Assembly: GCA_046538485.1 (NCBI GenBank)
Contig: JBKHIT010000001.1
Location: 138,261 to 202,260 of the forward strand
Length of the DNA stretch: 64,000 nucleotides
DNA from: Candidatus Brocadiia bacterium
GTDB lineage: Bacteria; Planctomycetota; Brocadiia; SM23-32
Direction: 5' to 3'
The notes beneath the pieces are model-generated. The model worked only from the letters and a program-made list of their open reading frames with translations. It was not told where the DNA came from and ran no database searches. Position numbers and translations under genes: made by a program. Of the stretch, positions 10,164-18,211 are shown in pieces. Every line of letters begins with the position of its first letter. The stretch's first letter is position 1.

Positions 10164-10360
10164 CAGACCACTCCTCGCTCTGAGAACATTGATTCAGTTT
10201 TAAAAATTCAGCGGGGACAAATTCAACAGATCCCGGCAACAGTTCTGTCAGCAATTCAAGGTATCCGCCGAGCTACCTCAGTGCAACATAATATCATTCC
10301 TCGTGTGATTTTCGCGGCGTATAATTATCCGAAATATGCGGGAAAGAAATCGAGAAAAGC

Positions 10361-10388
10361 TTGAAACTATATTTTTGTATAGTATACT
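10361..10388 (+). promoter_or_regulatory. sigma70-like promoter of the dinB-like gene with an embedded palindromic operator
   Basis: TTGAAA-16 bp-TATACT; the spacer is covered by ACTATA-TTTTTG-TATAGT (10366-10383). Confidence 0.65.
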
Positions 10389-10428
10389 GCCTGTGTCGTC
10401 TGGTCGATTTCCAAAAGGAGGAACACAG

Positions 10429-11775
10429 GTGGAACAACCGCACATTCTTCATGTGTATCTTGATGCGTTTTTTGCCTCGGCAGAACGTGTACTCTCGCCC
10501 GAACTGAAAAACAAACCAGTCATTGTCGGAAGCGCTCAGGAAAACCGTGGTGTGGTTGCATCGGCTTCCTATGACGCCCGTTCGAAAGGTGTAAAAGCCG
10601 GGATGCCCATTTATCAATCTCGCCGGCTCTGCCCTGAGGCCGCCTACCGGCCGGGAAATTATTCGGAATACAAACGGCTTTCGCAAGAGGTCTTTGCTAT
10701 CCTTTGGGAATTGACGCCCAAAGTGGAACCGGTTTCCCTGGATGAAGCTTATCTTGATGTCTCCGGCTGCGAACGCCTTCACGGAAGCCGCGGGGCAGGC
10801 CCACTGGGTCGGCTCCCTTTCGCCATGATTTCTGGTGGCACCTATGTGCGTCAGGAAACCGATGCTCTTCCGCCCCCCAAACGGACCCTGGTCCCCCGCC
10901 ATCACCGGTGGATCAGCGCCCTGGCGATGACCATTAAACAGACCGTGCGAACCCGCACAGACCTCACCGTATCGGTCGGATGTGCGACCAACAAACTGGC
11001 TGCAAAATCCGCTTCTGATTTTTGCAAACCGGACGGACTTGCATTGATAACACCGGGCACAGAAGAACAGTTCTTTCTGACACTGCCCCTTGGAGAGATA
11101 CCTGGAATTGGCCGGGCCACGAGAGAAAAATTCCACAAGTGGAACGCCCATACCGTCGCCGAAGCCCGTCACCTCCCGCGCTCGCTGCTGAAAACAGCCT
11201 TCGGAGACCGAGGCTGTTCCATCCATGCCGCTTTGAGAGGCCAGGGCGAAACGGAACTGACCCTGCCCGAACATCCCCGTTCTTTAAGCCGGGAGAGGAC
11301 ATTCTGGACGCCCTCCAACGATCGCAATTTTGTGGAAAGTATGCTCTTCTATCTCACAGAAAGACTCGGGAAAACGTTGCGCAAAAAGCAACTCGTCGGC
11401 CGAACGGTTCACGTAAAACTCCGCTACAATGATTTCACGACCGTAGAACGCTCGCGATCGTTGAAAACACCTGCTGATCTCGACGAGGAAATTTTCCCGG
11501 TCGCATCTCATCTCATGGATCGGCGCTGGGACCAGAGACGTCGTCTGCGGCTGGTAGGAGTGAAAGTATCCGACCTCCGACCTAATTGTCAGCGCCAACA
11601 GAAACTTTTCGATGACAAATTGGAGCGGCAACGACGAATCGATCGATGCGTGGATGAGCTGCGGGACAAATTCGGATTCAACGTGGTTCAGAAAGGTCTC
11701 TCAATTGCCTTGAATTCGAGGCTTGAACGAGATGATAAAGGGTTTCAACTCCGCACGCCCGCTCTCTCGCAATAA
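10429..11775 (+). CDS. dinB: Y-family DNA polymerase (DinB / Pol IV-like); first catalytic Asp replaced by Tyr
   Basis: LDAFFASAE, RGVVASASYDAR, SLDEAYLD, NKLAAKSASD.CKP, IPGIG and clamp motif QQKLF; GTG 10429 follows AAGGAGG. Confidence 0.9.
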   Translation: MEQPHILHVYLDAFFASAERVLSPELKNKPVIVGSAQENRGVVASASYDARSKGVKAGMPIYQSRRLCPEAAYRPGNYSEYKRLSQEVFAILWELTPKVEPVSLDEAYLDVSGCERLHGSRGAGPLGRLPFAMISGGTYVRQETDALPPPKRTLVPRHHRWISALAMTIKQTVRTRTDLTVSVGCATNKLAAKSASDFCKPDGLALITPGTEEQFFLTLPLGEIPGIGRATREKFHKWNAHTVAEARHLPRSLLKTAFGDRGCSIHAALRGQGETELTLPEHPRSLSRERTFWTPSNDRNFVESMLFYLTERLGKTLRKKQLVGRTVHVKLRYNDFTTVERSRSLKTPADLDEEIFPVASHLMDRRWDQRRRLRLVGVKVSDLRPNCQRQQKLFDDKLERQRRIDRCVDELRDKFGFNVVQKGLSIALNSRLERDDKGFQLRTPALSQ

Positions 11776-11783
11776 GGGGTAAC

Positions 11784-11811
11784 TTGACTCATTACAACCC
11801 GATGCTAAAAT
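11784..11811 (+). promoter_or_regulatory. sigma70-like promoter for efp
   Basis: TTGACT-16 bp-TAAAAT with an extended -10 TG. Confidence 0.6.
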
Positions 11812-11869
11812 GCCTGCTCAGGGTGGTACGTTAACCGGCAAAAATAATAACTCCGAAGGAGTCTGTGCA

Positions 11870-12427
11870 TTGATCGAAGCTGGAAATATAAAAAATGGAA
11901 ACGTCATCGAATACGAAGGATCTCTCTGGGTTGTCCTCGATACACAGGTAACATATGTGGGGAAAAAAGGTGCCTATTCCCAGATCAAAATGAAGAATTT
12001 GGATGACAAACATATCGAAACCGAACGGTTCTCCACATCCGACAAGCTTAAAAAAGCCTTTCTTGAATCGCGCCGGATGACATATCTCTATGAAGATACT
12101 GCTGGTTACGTTTTTATGGATCCCGATACTGGTGAGCAAACCACTCTCGATCGTGACATGATGGAGGGGCTTGTTCAGTACCTGCCATACAATGCGGAAG
12201 TACAGGTAGAATTTTACGAAGACCGAGCGATCTCTATCGAGCTGCCACCAAATGTCGAACTGGAAGTGACCGATACCGACCCGGCGATCAAAGGGGATAC
12301 AGCCACAAGCGTAACAAAACCCGCAACTGTCGAAACCGGCCTGACCGTCAAAGTCCCCGGTCACATCAAACAAGGTGAAAAAATCAGGGTCGATACAAGA
12401 TCGGGGGAATTTCTGGGACGCGCCTGA
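11870..12427 (+). CDS. efp: Translation elongation factor P
   Basis: YLY, FMD, IELP, KGDTA, KPATVETG and VDTRSGEF motifs; TTG 11870 follows GAAGGAG, while the ORF-track ATG 11810 overlaps the -10 box. Confidence 0.95.
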   Translation: MIEAGNIKNGNVIEYEGSLWVVLDTQVTYVGKKGAYSQIKMKNLDDKHIETERFSTSDKLKKAFLESRRMTYLYEDTAGYVFMDPDTGEQTTLDRDMMEGLVQYLPYNAEVQVEFYEDRAISIELPPNVELEVTDTDPAIKGDTATSVTKPATVETGLTVKVPGHIKQGEKIRVDTRSGEFLGRA

Positions 12428-12461
12428 AAACATAATCTCTCACTGGATGGGTGGATAGAAC

Positions 12462-14027
12462 ATGGGACACCAGTCAGTTGGTTTTTCCGGCCATTACCGC
12501 AGGTTTCTCAATGAATTTTCGGACCAAATCGGCGAACCCTCGGCTCGATATGGACAGGCAAACCAAAATATCCGGGAAGAAGTCGTCCGCTGCCTGTGGT
12601 TCGGTGCCCATTTCTCGAGCGACGACCTGCGCACCGATGGAAACCGGCGGGTCGAAGTGCTCTCGGCCGGATGGTGGAACGTTGAAAGCGGCCCTGATTT
12701 TATACAGGCAGAGATCCTGCTCGAAAAGGAGGGAAGGCTCATCGGAGATGTCGAAGTCCATACGGTTGCTTCCTCCTGGTACGGTCACGGTCACCATAAA
12801 CAACCGGAATACAACGGCGTGGTGCTCCATGTTGTAATGTGGAACGATTGCGAAGATCGCCCCATTCTCCGGGAAAATGGCACCGCTATTCCTCAGCTGG
12901 TCCTCAGCGACTTTGTGGAAGAAGAAATCGATGAATTGGTCGAGATAATCGATCTGGAAGCCGACGAATCGAACTCTCCGCCGGCGCCGGGACGCGTCCG
13001 TGGATTTTGTCGTGAAGCGCTCCAAAATGGGGAAATGGACCCCGATTGGTTGGGCCAGTTCCTCGATTGCGCTGGCGACCACCGTATCCTGCGCAAAGCC
13101 GAGAGAATGGAAGAATTGTTCAATGGGAAATCTCACGAACAGGTTCTCTACCAGTCACTCGGCGAAGCGCTCGGTTACAAAAGCAATCGGATGGGATTTC
13201 TGCAGCTCTGCGAATCCGCTCCTGTGCCTTTGCTCCGTGAAATCGTTCCTGTGAACACCACCCCCCAACACAAACGCGAGGTGCTCGATGCGGCGCTCTA
13301 CGGAACCGCCGGTTTCCTTAATAATGAGGTGATTGAGAATCCGGATAACGAAACGACTCGCTACTTGAATAGTTTGCAGGAACGTTGGAATGCAATGCCC
13401 TCAAAGCTCCACGACAATCAGCTCTCACGCGAACACTGGAGTTTTGGAGGGACGCGCCCGGTTAATTATCCCACACGCCGTCTCGCCGCTCTTTCAACAC
13501 TTTACGTTGCGTACCTGCCTGCCGGTCTGTTCGGGAGTGTATCGCGCACTATCCGTAGCGCGTCCCCCGAGAAAAAGCGGCGAATCGATACAGTTATCCG
13601 GGCTGCACTCATCGATATGTTCAATAGTCTGGAACACCCATATTGGTCGTACCGTTACAAATTTGGCGGCAAAAAACTATCGGGCCCGCGAAGTCTGGTT
13701 GGAAAACAACGAGCGACCGCAATACTGGTCGACGTCCTCATTCCCCTGTGTATCGCCCACAGCCGCCAGGAAGGCGATGCGGAAATGCAAAACCGCGTCG
13801 AAGCCGTCTGGAATGGCCTGCCCCGTCGGTCTCCCAATACCATCGTTCGCCGAATGAGTGGGCGCCTTTTCCCAAACAAAGAACAAATATCGGCTGTGCT
13901 GAACTCGGCCCGTCGACAACAGGGCTTGCACGCACTGTATAATAATTTTTGTGCGGCTGATGACGGTTGCGAAAACTGCGTGCTTTACCTCGCACATCAA
14001 GCCGGGGAAAAAATGATCGAGGTGTAA
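12462..14027 (+). CDS. DUF2851 family protein
   Basis: G.WN...GPDF, GDVEVH, W.GHGHH..PEY..VVLHVV, LGYK.N, RPVNYP.RRLA, QQGL and a C-terminal Cys cluster. Confidence 0.8.
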   Translation: MGHQSVGFSGHYRRFLNEFSDQIGEPSARYGQANQNIREEVVRCLWFGAHFSSDDLRTDGNRRVEVLSAGWWNVESGPDFIQAEILLEKEGRLIGDVEVHTVASSWYGHGHHKQPEYNGVVLHVVMWNDCEDRPILRENGTAIPQLVLSDFVEEEIDELVEIIDLEADESNSPPAPGRVRGFCREALQNGEMDPDWLGQFLDCAGDHRILRKAERMEELFNGKSHEQVLYQSLGEALGYKSNRMGFLQLCESAPVPLLREIVPVNTTPQHKREVLDAALYGTAGFLNNEVIENPDNETTRYLNSLQERWNAMPSKLHDNQLSREHWSFGGTRPVNYPTRRLAALSTLYVAYLPAGLFGSVSRTIRSASPEKKRRIDTVIRAALIDMFNSLEHPYWSYRYKFGGKKLSGPRSLVGKQRATAILVDVLIPLCIAHSRQEGDAEMQNRVEAVWNGLPRRSPNTIVRRMSGRLFPNKEQISAVLNSARRQQGLHALYNNFCAADDGCENCVLYLAHQAGEKMIEV

Positions 14028-14030
14028 AAC

Positions 14031-16316
14031 TTGGGCCCAACAGACGAACCTCAAAGTCCGCAATCTCTCAGAATAATCTGGATCATTGCTGCCGCGCTTG
14101 CCTGTCTGTATTTGCTCGGTTGGTTTTTAGCTATGGGAGTGGGGGGGGCAATGCGGGGGCCTCGCTCCACGATGGCATTTATTTCCGTTCTCGGTTTCGC
14201 CCGGCGCGCGATCTGGCCCACGTTGCTCGCGCTGATCATCTTCGCCAGTTCTCTCTCCCTTGGCATTTCTGCCCTGCGCCTGTTTCGTATGAACTTCGAA
14301 CGTCCCGCCTTCAAGCTGGTTTTCTCGGCAGCCATTGGTCTGGGCATATTTCCCTATCTCGTGCTGGCCCTTGGGACCTGTGGTTTCCTCAATCCAATTG
14401 CATTCTGGATTTTGATCATTGTCTGCCTCATCCCGGGATATCGCTCTACCTGTCAGCTCCTTATTAAACTGGCACAAAAGGTTACCGGGGCCTCTCGAAA
14501 CTGGGGCAAATTCGAGTGGTTCCTGGGGGCAGGAATCATAGCTTTGATTGCGATAGGGCTTCTATCCGCTGGAACACCTATCTCGGATTACGACACGTTG
14601 GAATACCATCTCGGCGCGCCAGCAGAATATCTGCGCCAGGGCCAGATCTCATTTCTCCGACATAATGTCTACGCCTGTTTTCCTCAGCACGTCGAAATGA
14701 TTAACCTGGCCGGCCTTGTTCTGGGCGGAAACAAAACTGTTGGTGGCGGAACAGCCGTGATGTCGCAGTTCTTCTTCGGACTTCTGGCCGCGCTGGCCGC
14801 CGGTTTGCTTGCTCAAAAAATTTGCGTTAGCAGAGATAGTTTAGAAACCAGGCCGGGCTCCAAACCCGAAACGCCTGAAGCAAACAAAGTCGATCGCTCC
14901 GACGGACCTTACTCACAGATCGGTTTACTGGCTGCTGTTTTTTTCTTGAGTTGTCCTCTGCTCATAATTGCGTCGATACGGGCTCACATCACTCTGGCGA
15001 GATGTTTCTACAAAGGGGCGGCCGTACTCGCATTGTTCTGCTGGCTGTTCCCGAAAAGAAAAGACACCGGCAACTTAAAATGGCTGATCGTAGCAGGCAT
15101 TTCTTGCGGAATATCAGTTGGAGTTAAATATTCAGGCGCTCTTTTCCTTTGCCTCCCTCTCGCTCTGATAACGCTCATAGGCGGGCTGAGGAAGGGCAAA
15201 ACTTTATTGGGACGCATCAAACCCGTCTTCGCCCTGACATTTATAGCGGTTCTGGCTGCAGCACCCTGGTTAATTCGACATTTCTACTTTACAGGCAATC
15301 CCGTTTACCCGCTGCTCCATAATATCTTCGGTGCCCGTGGATGGTCGGATCTGCAGGCTGCTAAATTTGCTGCCGCCCACTCTCCTGGCTCTCTGTCGGG
15401 AATATTCGTGAAACTCTGGGCATTTTTGACTTCCAATAGAATGGGGTTCGCAAGCCCTCTGGCGCTCGTGTTTATTCCGTTTCTACTCATAGACATTCTC
15501 TCGCAAGCCGAAAAGCAGGTCGTCATTCGTATGATGCTTCTCCTGCTCGCATACACAATCTTAATTGTCGTTCTCTGGGCCTTTTTCACGCATCAAATCG
15601 TGCGCTTTCTTGCCCCCGTGCTTCTCTTTTTGGCCGTATTATCCGCCGCGGGGCTCATCGAACTGAGCTCCCGGTCTCAGGCGAGAAAAATCGGCTTTAT
15701 TGTGACAACAATCTTTTTTGCGATTGCCATTTTGATCCAGAGTGTGATTGCAGTTAGCTCAGGCGCCATAGGGGGGACCCTGGCCAGTGAAGGCCTCAAA
15801 GAATACGCTCGCCGTTTCGATGCAAAAGCTCAGCTTGCTTATGCCAATGCCGTCGAATGGGTTAATAATCCACTAAAGGTTCCGAAAAGCTCGTGCCTGA
15901 TGCTCGTTGGAGAAGCAAAAACTTACTATTTTGATCGTTCTCTGAGCTATTCGGTGGTTTTCAACGAGCATCCCATCGAGCCGGCCCTCAAACAGGCAGA
16001 CGAGAACCTCCCCCGCGCGGTCCAGACGCTTAAAAATACCGGTTGCCGTTACGTCTTAATCAACTGGCCCGAACTGGAACGTCTGTCCAGAACCTATCGT
16101 TTCGAATATAAGGGAAAAATGCACGTGGGTTACCTTCCCCAACTCAATCTTCAAGAATCTCGCCATCCCTCAGAAATAAAACAAGCCGCTGCGCCCCTGA
16201 GAAAACTTCTTGAAGCCTCGGGCAAAAAAGTCGCGCAGTTTGGCAATCTGCGCGGCTCGCAAACCTCTGGTCGGGAATCGGCAGCCATTATTGAGGTTTA
16301 TCGTATAGGGCCCTGA
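14031..16316 (+). CDS. Polytopic membrane protein, GT-C (ArnT/PMT-like) glycosyltransferase candidate
   Basis: More than 12 hydrophobic segments; YDTLEYHL, GVKYSG, TGNPVYP and RFLAP motifs. Confidence 0.55.
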   Translation: MGPTDEPQSPQSLRIIWIIAAALACLYLLGWFLAMGVGGAMRGPRSTMAFISVLGFARRAIWPTLLALIIFASSLSLGISALRLFRMNFERPAFKLVFSAAIGLGIFPYLVLALGTCGFLNPIAFWILIIVCLIPGYRSTCQLLIKLAQKVTGASRNWGKFEWFLGAGIIALIAIGLLSAGTPISDYDTLEYHLGAPAEYLRQGQISFLRHNVYACFPQHVEMINLAGLVLGGNKTVGGGTAVMSQFFFGLLAALAAGLLAQKICVSRDSLETRPGSKPETPEANKVDRSDGPYSQIGLLAAVFFLSCPLLIIASIRAHITLARCFYKGAAVLALFCWLFPKRKDTGNLKWLIVAGISCGISVGVKYSGALFLCLPLALITLIGGLRKGKTLLGRIKPVFALTFIAVLAAAPWLIRHFYFTGNPVYPLLHNIFGARGWSDLQAAKFAAAHSPGSLSGIFVKLWAFLTSNRMGFASPLALVFIPFLLIDILSQAEKQVVIRMMLLLLAYTILIVVLWAFFTHQIVRFLAPVLLFLAVLSAAGLIELSSRSQARKIGFIVTTIFFAIAILIQSVIAVSSGAIGGTLASEGLKEYARRFDAKAQLAYANAVEWVNNPLKVPKSSCLMLVGEAKTYYFDRSLSYSVVFNEHPIEPALKQADENLPRAVQTLKNTGCRYVLINWPELERLSRTYRFEYKGKMHVGYLPQLNLQESRHPSEIKQAAAPLRKLLEASGKKVAQFGNLRGSQTSGRESAAIIEVYRIGP

Positions 16317-16481
16317 TGGGCTTCCCACCATTGAAGCAAATGGCTCGGCTGCTTACCTTTTTGTTTCCCCGGGCCGTCACGCAAAGCAACTTATGAAAAA
16401 GACTCCACTCCCGGGGGACATATAGAGTTAAATCAAAAAGATAAAATTAGGGGATAAAAAAAGGCAAGTAACCGCGCGCGC

Positions 16482-17504
16482 TCAGCTTTCCTGTTGAGCC
16501 GCTTGCACCGTTGTCCCCTCGTCCTGTTCACTGCCGTCCGCACCCTCTTTTTTATTCTCCTCCGACCGTTTGGCAGTTTCTTCAAAATGGAACTCACCCT
16601 TGCGGAACAACTCAATACACACGTCAACCACTTTGGCATCGTAGAGCGTACCCTTATTTTTTTTGAGCACGTTCAAGGCCTTCTCCCGTCCCAGTCCTGC
16701 ACGGTAAGGACGGTTGGAGACAATTGCCTCGACCGTATCCGCGACAGCCAGGATTCGTGCCTCAAGCAAAACCTTTTCGCCCGACAACCCACGCGGATAC
16801 CCTGACCCGTCCAATCGTTCGTGATGTTGGTGAATGATTTCACCAAGTGGCCAGGGGAGGTCCATTTCGCCCATTACTTCTGCGCCGGTGCTCGGGTGCC
16901 GCCGCACGAGGGCAAATTGCTCTTCACTTAAACCCGCCGGCGAGGTGAGGATTTCCACAGGAATACGAATTTTCCCGATATCATGAATTGAAGCTGCAAG
17001 AAAAATGAGCTCGATCCGTTCTTCAGGCAATCCCATGTTTTCAGCGATAGCACTGGACAGTCGAGCTACCCTTCTTTGATGCCCCGCAGTATAAGGATCG
17101 CGTGCGGCGATTACAAAAGCAAGATTTTCAACCATCTGGTAAAGGACCTGCCGACGCTTTTTTTCCGCTTCCTGCCGAACTTCGTTTTCCCGAGCCAGAA
17201 TAGCAATCACATGGAATGCATAAGCACTGGCAAGCAACATACACAAAAGGACATAAAGTATCGCACGGCCTGTATATGAAAGACTGAGTTCCCCACCAGC
17301 CCGTTCGACAATGAAAAAGATGGCAGCGCCACAAACGAATAGAGCAAGAAGTCCACTCTTCGAAAACGCAATATACTTGCGCAACATGCGAGGCTTCTTC
17401 TTATTGGTCGACCGGCCTTTTGTAAACTTTCCACTCATGAAACTGACATTTATTATATCAGAGACACACAAACAATGGAAACAAAGACCGGCAAGCGATA
17501 TCAA
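16482..17504 (-). CDS. Membrane-anchored HD-GYP phosphodiesterase
   Basis: RDPYTAGHQRRV, HDIGK and HHERLDGSGYP motifs; two N-terminal TM helices; true start probably later (e.g. ATG 17387). Confidence 0.9.
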   Translation of the reverse strand: MISLAGLCFHCLCVSDIINVSFMSGKFTKGRSTNKKKPRMLRKYIAFSKSGLLALFVCGAAIFFIVERAGGELSLSYTGRAILYVLLCMLLASAYAFHVIAILARENEVRQEAEKKRRQVLYQMVENLAFVIAARDPYTAGHQRRVARLSSAIAENMGLPEERIELIFLAASIHDIGKIRIPVEILTSPAGLSEEQFALVRRHPSTGAEVMGEMDLPWPLGEIIHQHHERLDGSGYPRGLSGEKVLLEARILAVADTVEAIVSNRPYRAGLGREKALNVLKKNKGTLYDAKVVDVCIELFRKGEFHFEETAKRSEENKKEGADGSEQDEGTTVQAAQQES

Positions 17505-17528
17505 GTAAAATCGGCAGTCGCCATGATT

Positions 17529-18161
17529 TCAACTTAGCCCCAGAGTATCTTTCTCGCATTTCAAAGTCGTGCGGCGACCATGCCCCGGTAGCAGAATCGT
17601 ATCCTCCGGAAACTCTTCCATTAATTTTTCTATGGACTGCCGCAACTGGTCCCAATTGCCTCCGGGCAGATCAGTGCGACCCACTCCCCCGGCAAAAATA
17701 ACGTCGCCACAGAAAATCACTATCGGTTGTTCCTGATCGCCCACGAGACAAATACCACCCGGCGTGTGGCCCGGGGTATCAAGTACCCTGATAAAACTGG
17801 ACCCAAACTCGATTTTGTCACCTTCTGTCAGTAACCTATCCGGTTCAGGGATCTTTTCGCACCCTCCAAACATTCCGGTAAGGTTTCGAAAAGAATCCTG
17901 CAGAATGTCGGCATCTTTTTTCCCGATACATAGCTCCGCATCCGGATATTCTGCTTTCAAAAAGCCGTTTGCACAGATATGGTCCGCATGGGCGTGCGTA
18001 TTGATAATTTTGCCAGGTTGAAGATCAAGTCTCTCAAATTCTTCTGCTATTCGCTGGCCTTCCGCCCCGGGATCTATAATAATTCCGTCCTGACAAGCGT
18101 CATCGGCCGCCAGGTAACAATTAGATTCCAGGGGGCCAACCGTCAGCATACTAATTTTCAC
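17529..18161 (-). CDS. MBL-fold metallohydrolase (glyoxalase II-like)
   Basis: THAHADH, TPGHTPG, GD..F..GVGRTDLPGG and PGHG motifs. Confidence 0.92.
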   Translation of the reverse strand: MKISMLTVGPLESNCYLAADDACQDGIIIDPGAEGQRIAEEFERLDLQPGKIINTHAHADHICANGFLKAEYPDAELCIGKKDADILQDSFRNLTGMFGGCEKIPEPDRLLTEGDKIEFGSSFIRVLDTPGHTPGGICLVGDQEQPIVIFCGDVIFAGGVGRTDLPGGNWDQLRQSIEKLMEEFPEDTILLPGHGRRTTLKCEKDTLGLS

Positions 18162-18211
18162 TGTCTAAATCCCTATTGCCAGGGGCTCGCACAAATCAGG
18201 AGGTCTTGTGC

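Noticed and set aside
10336..10428. N-terminal extensions of dinB (from 10336) and efp (from 11810) in the ORF track
   Set aside because: They overlap the predicted promoters. Downstream GTG/TTG starts have strong RBSs and match the family N-termini.
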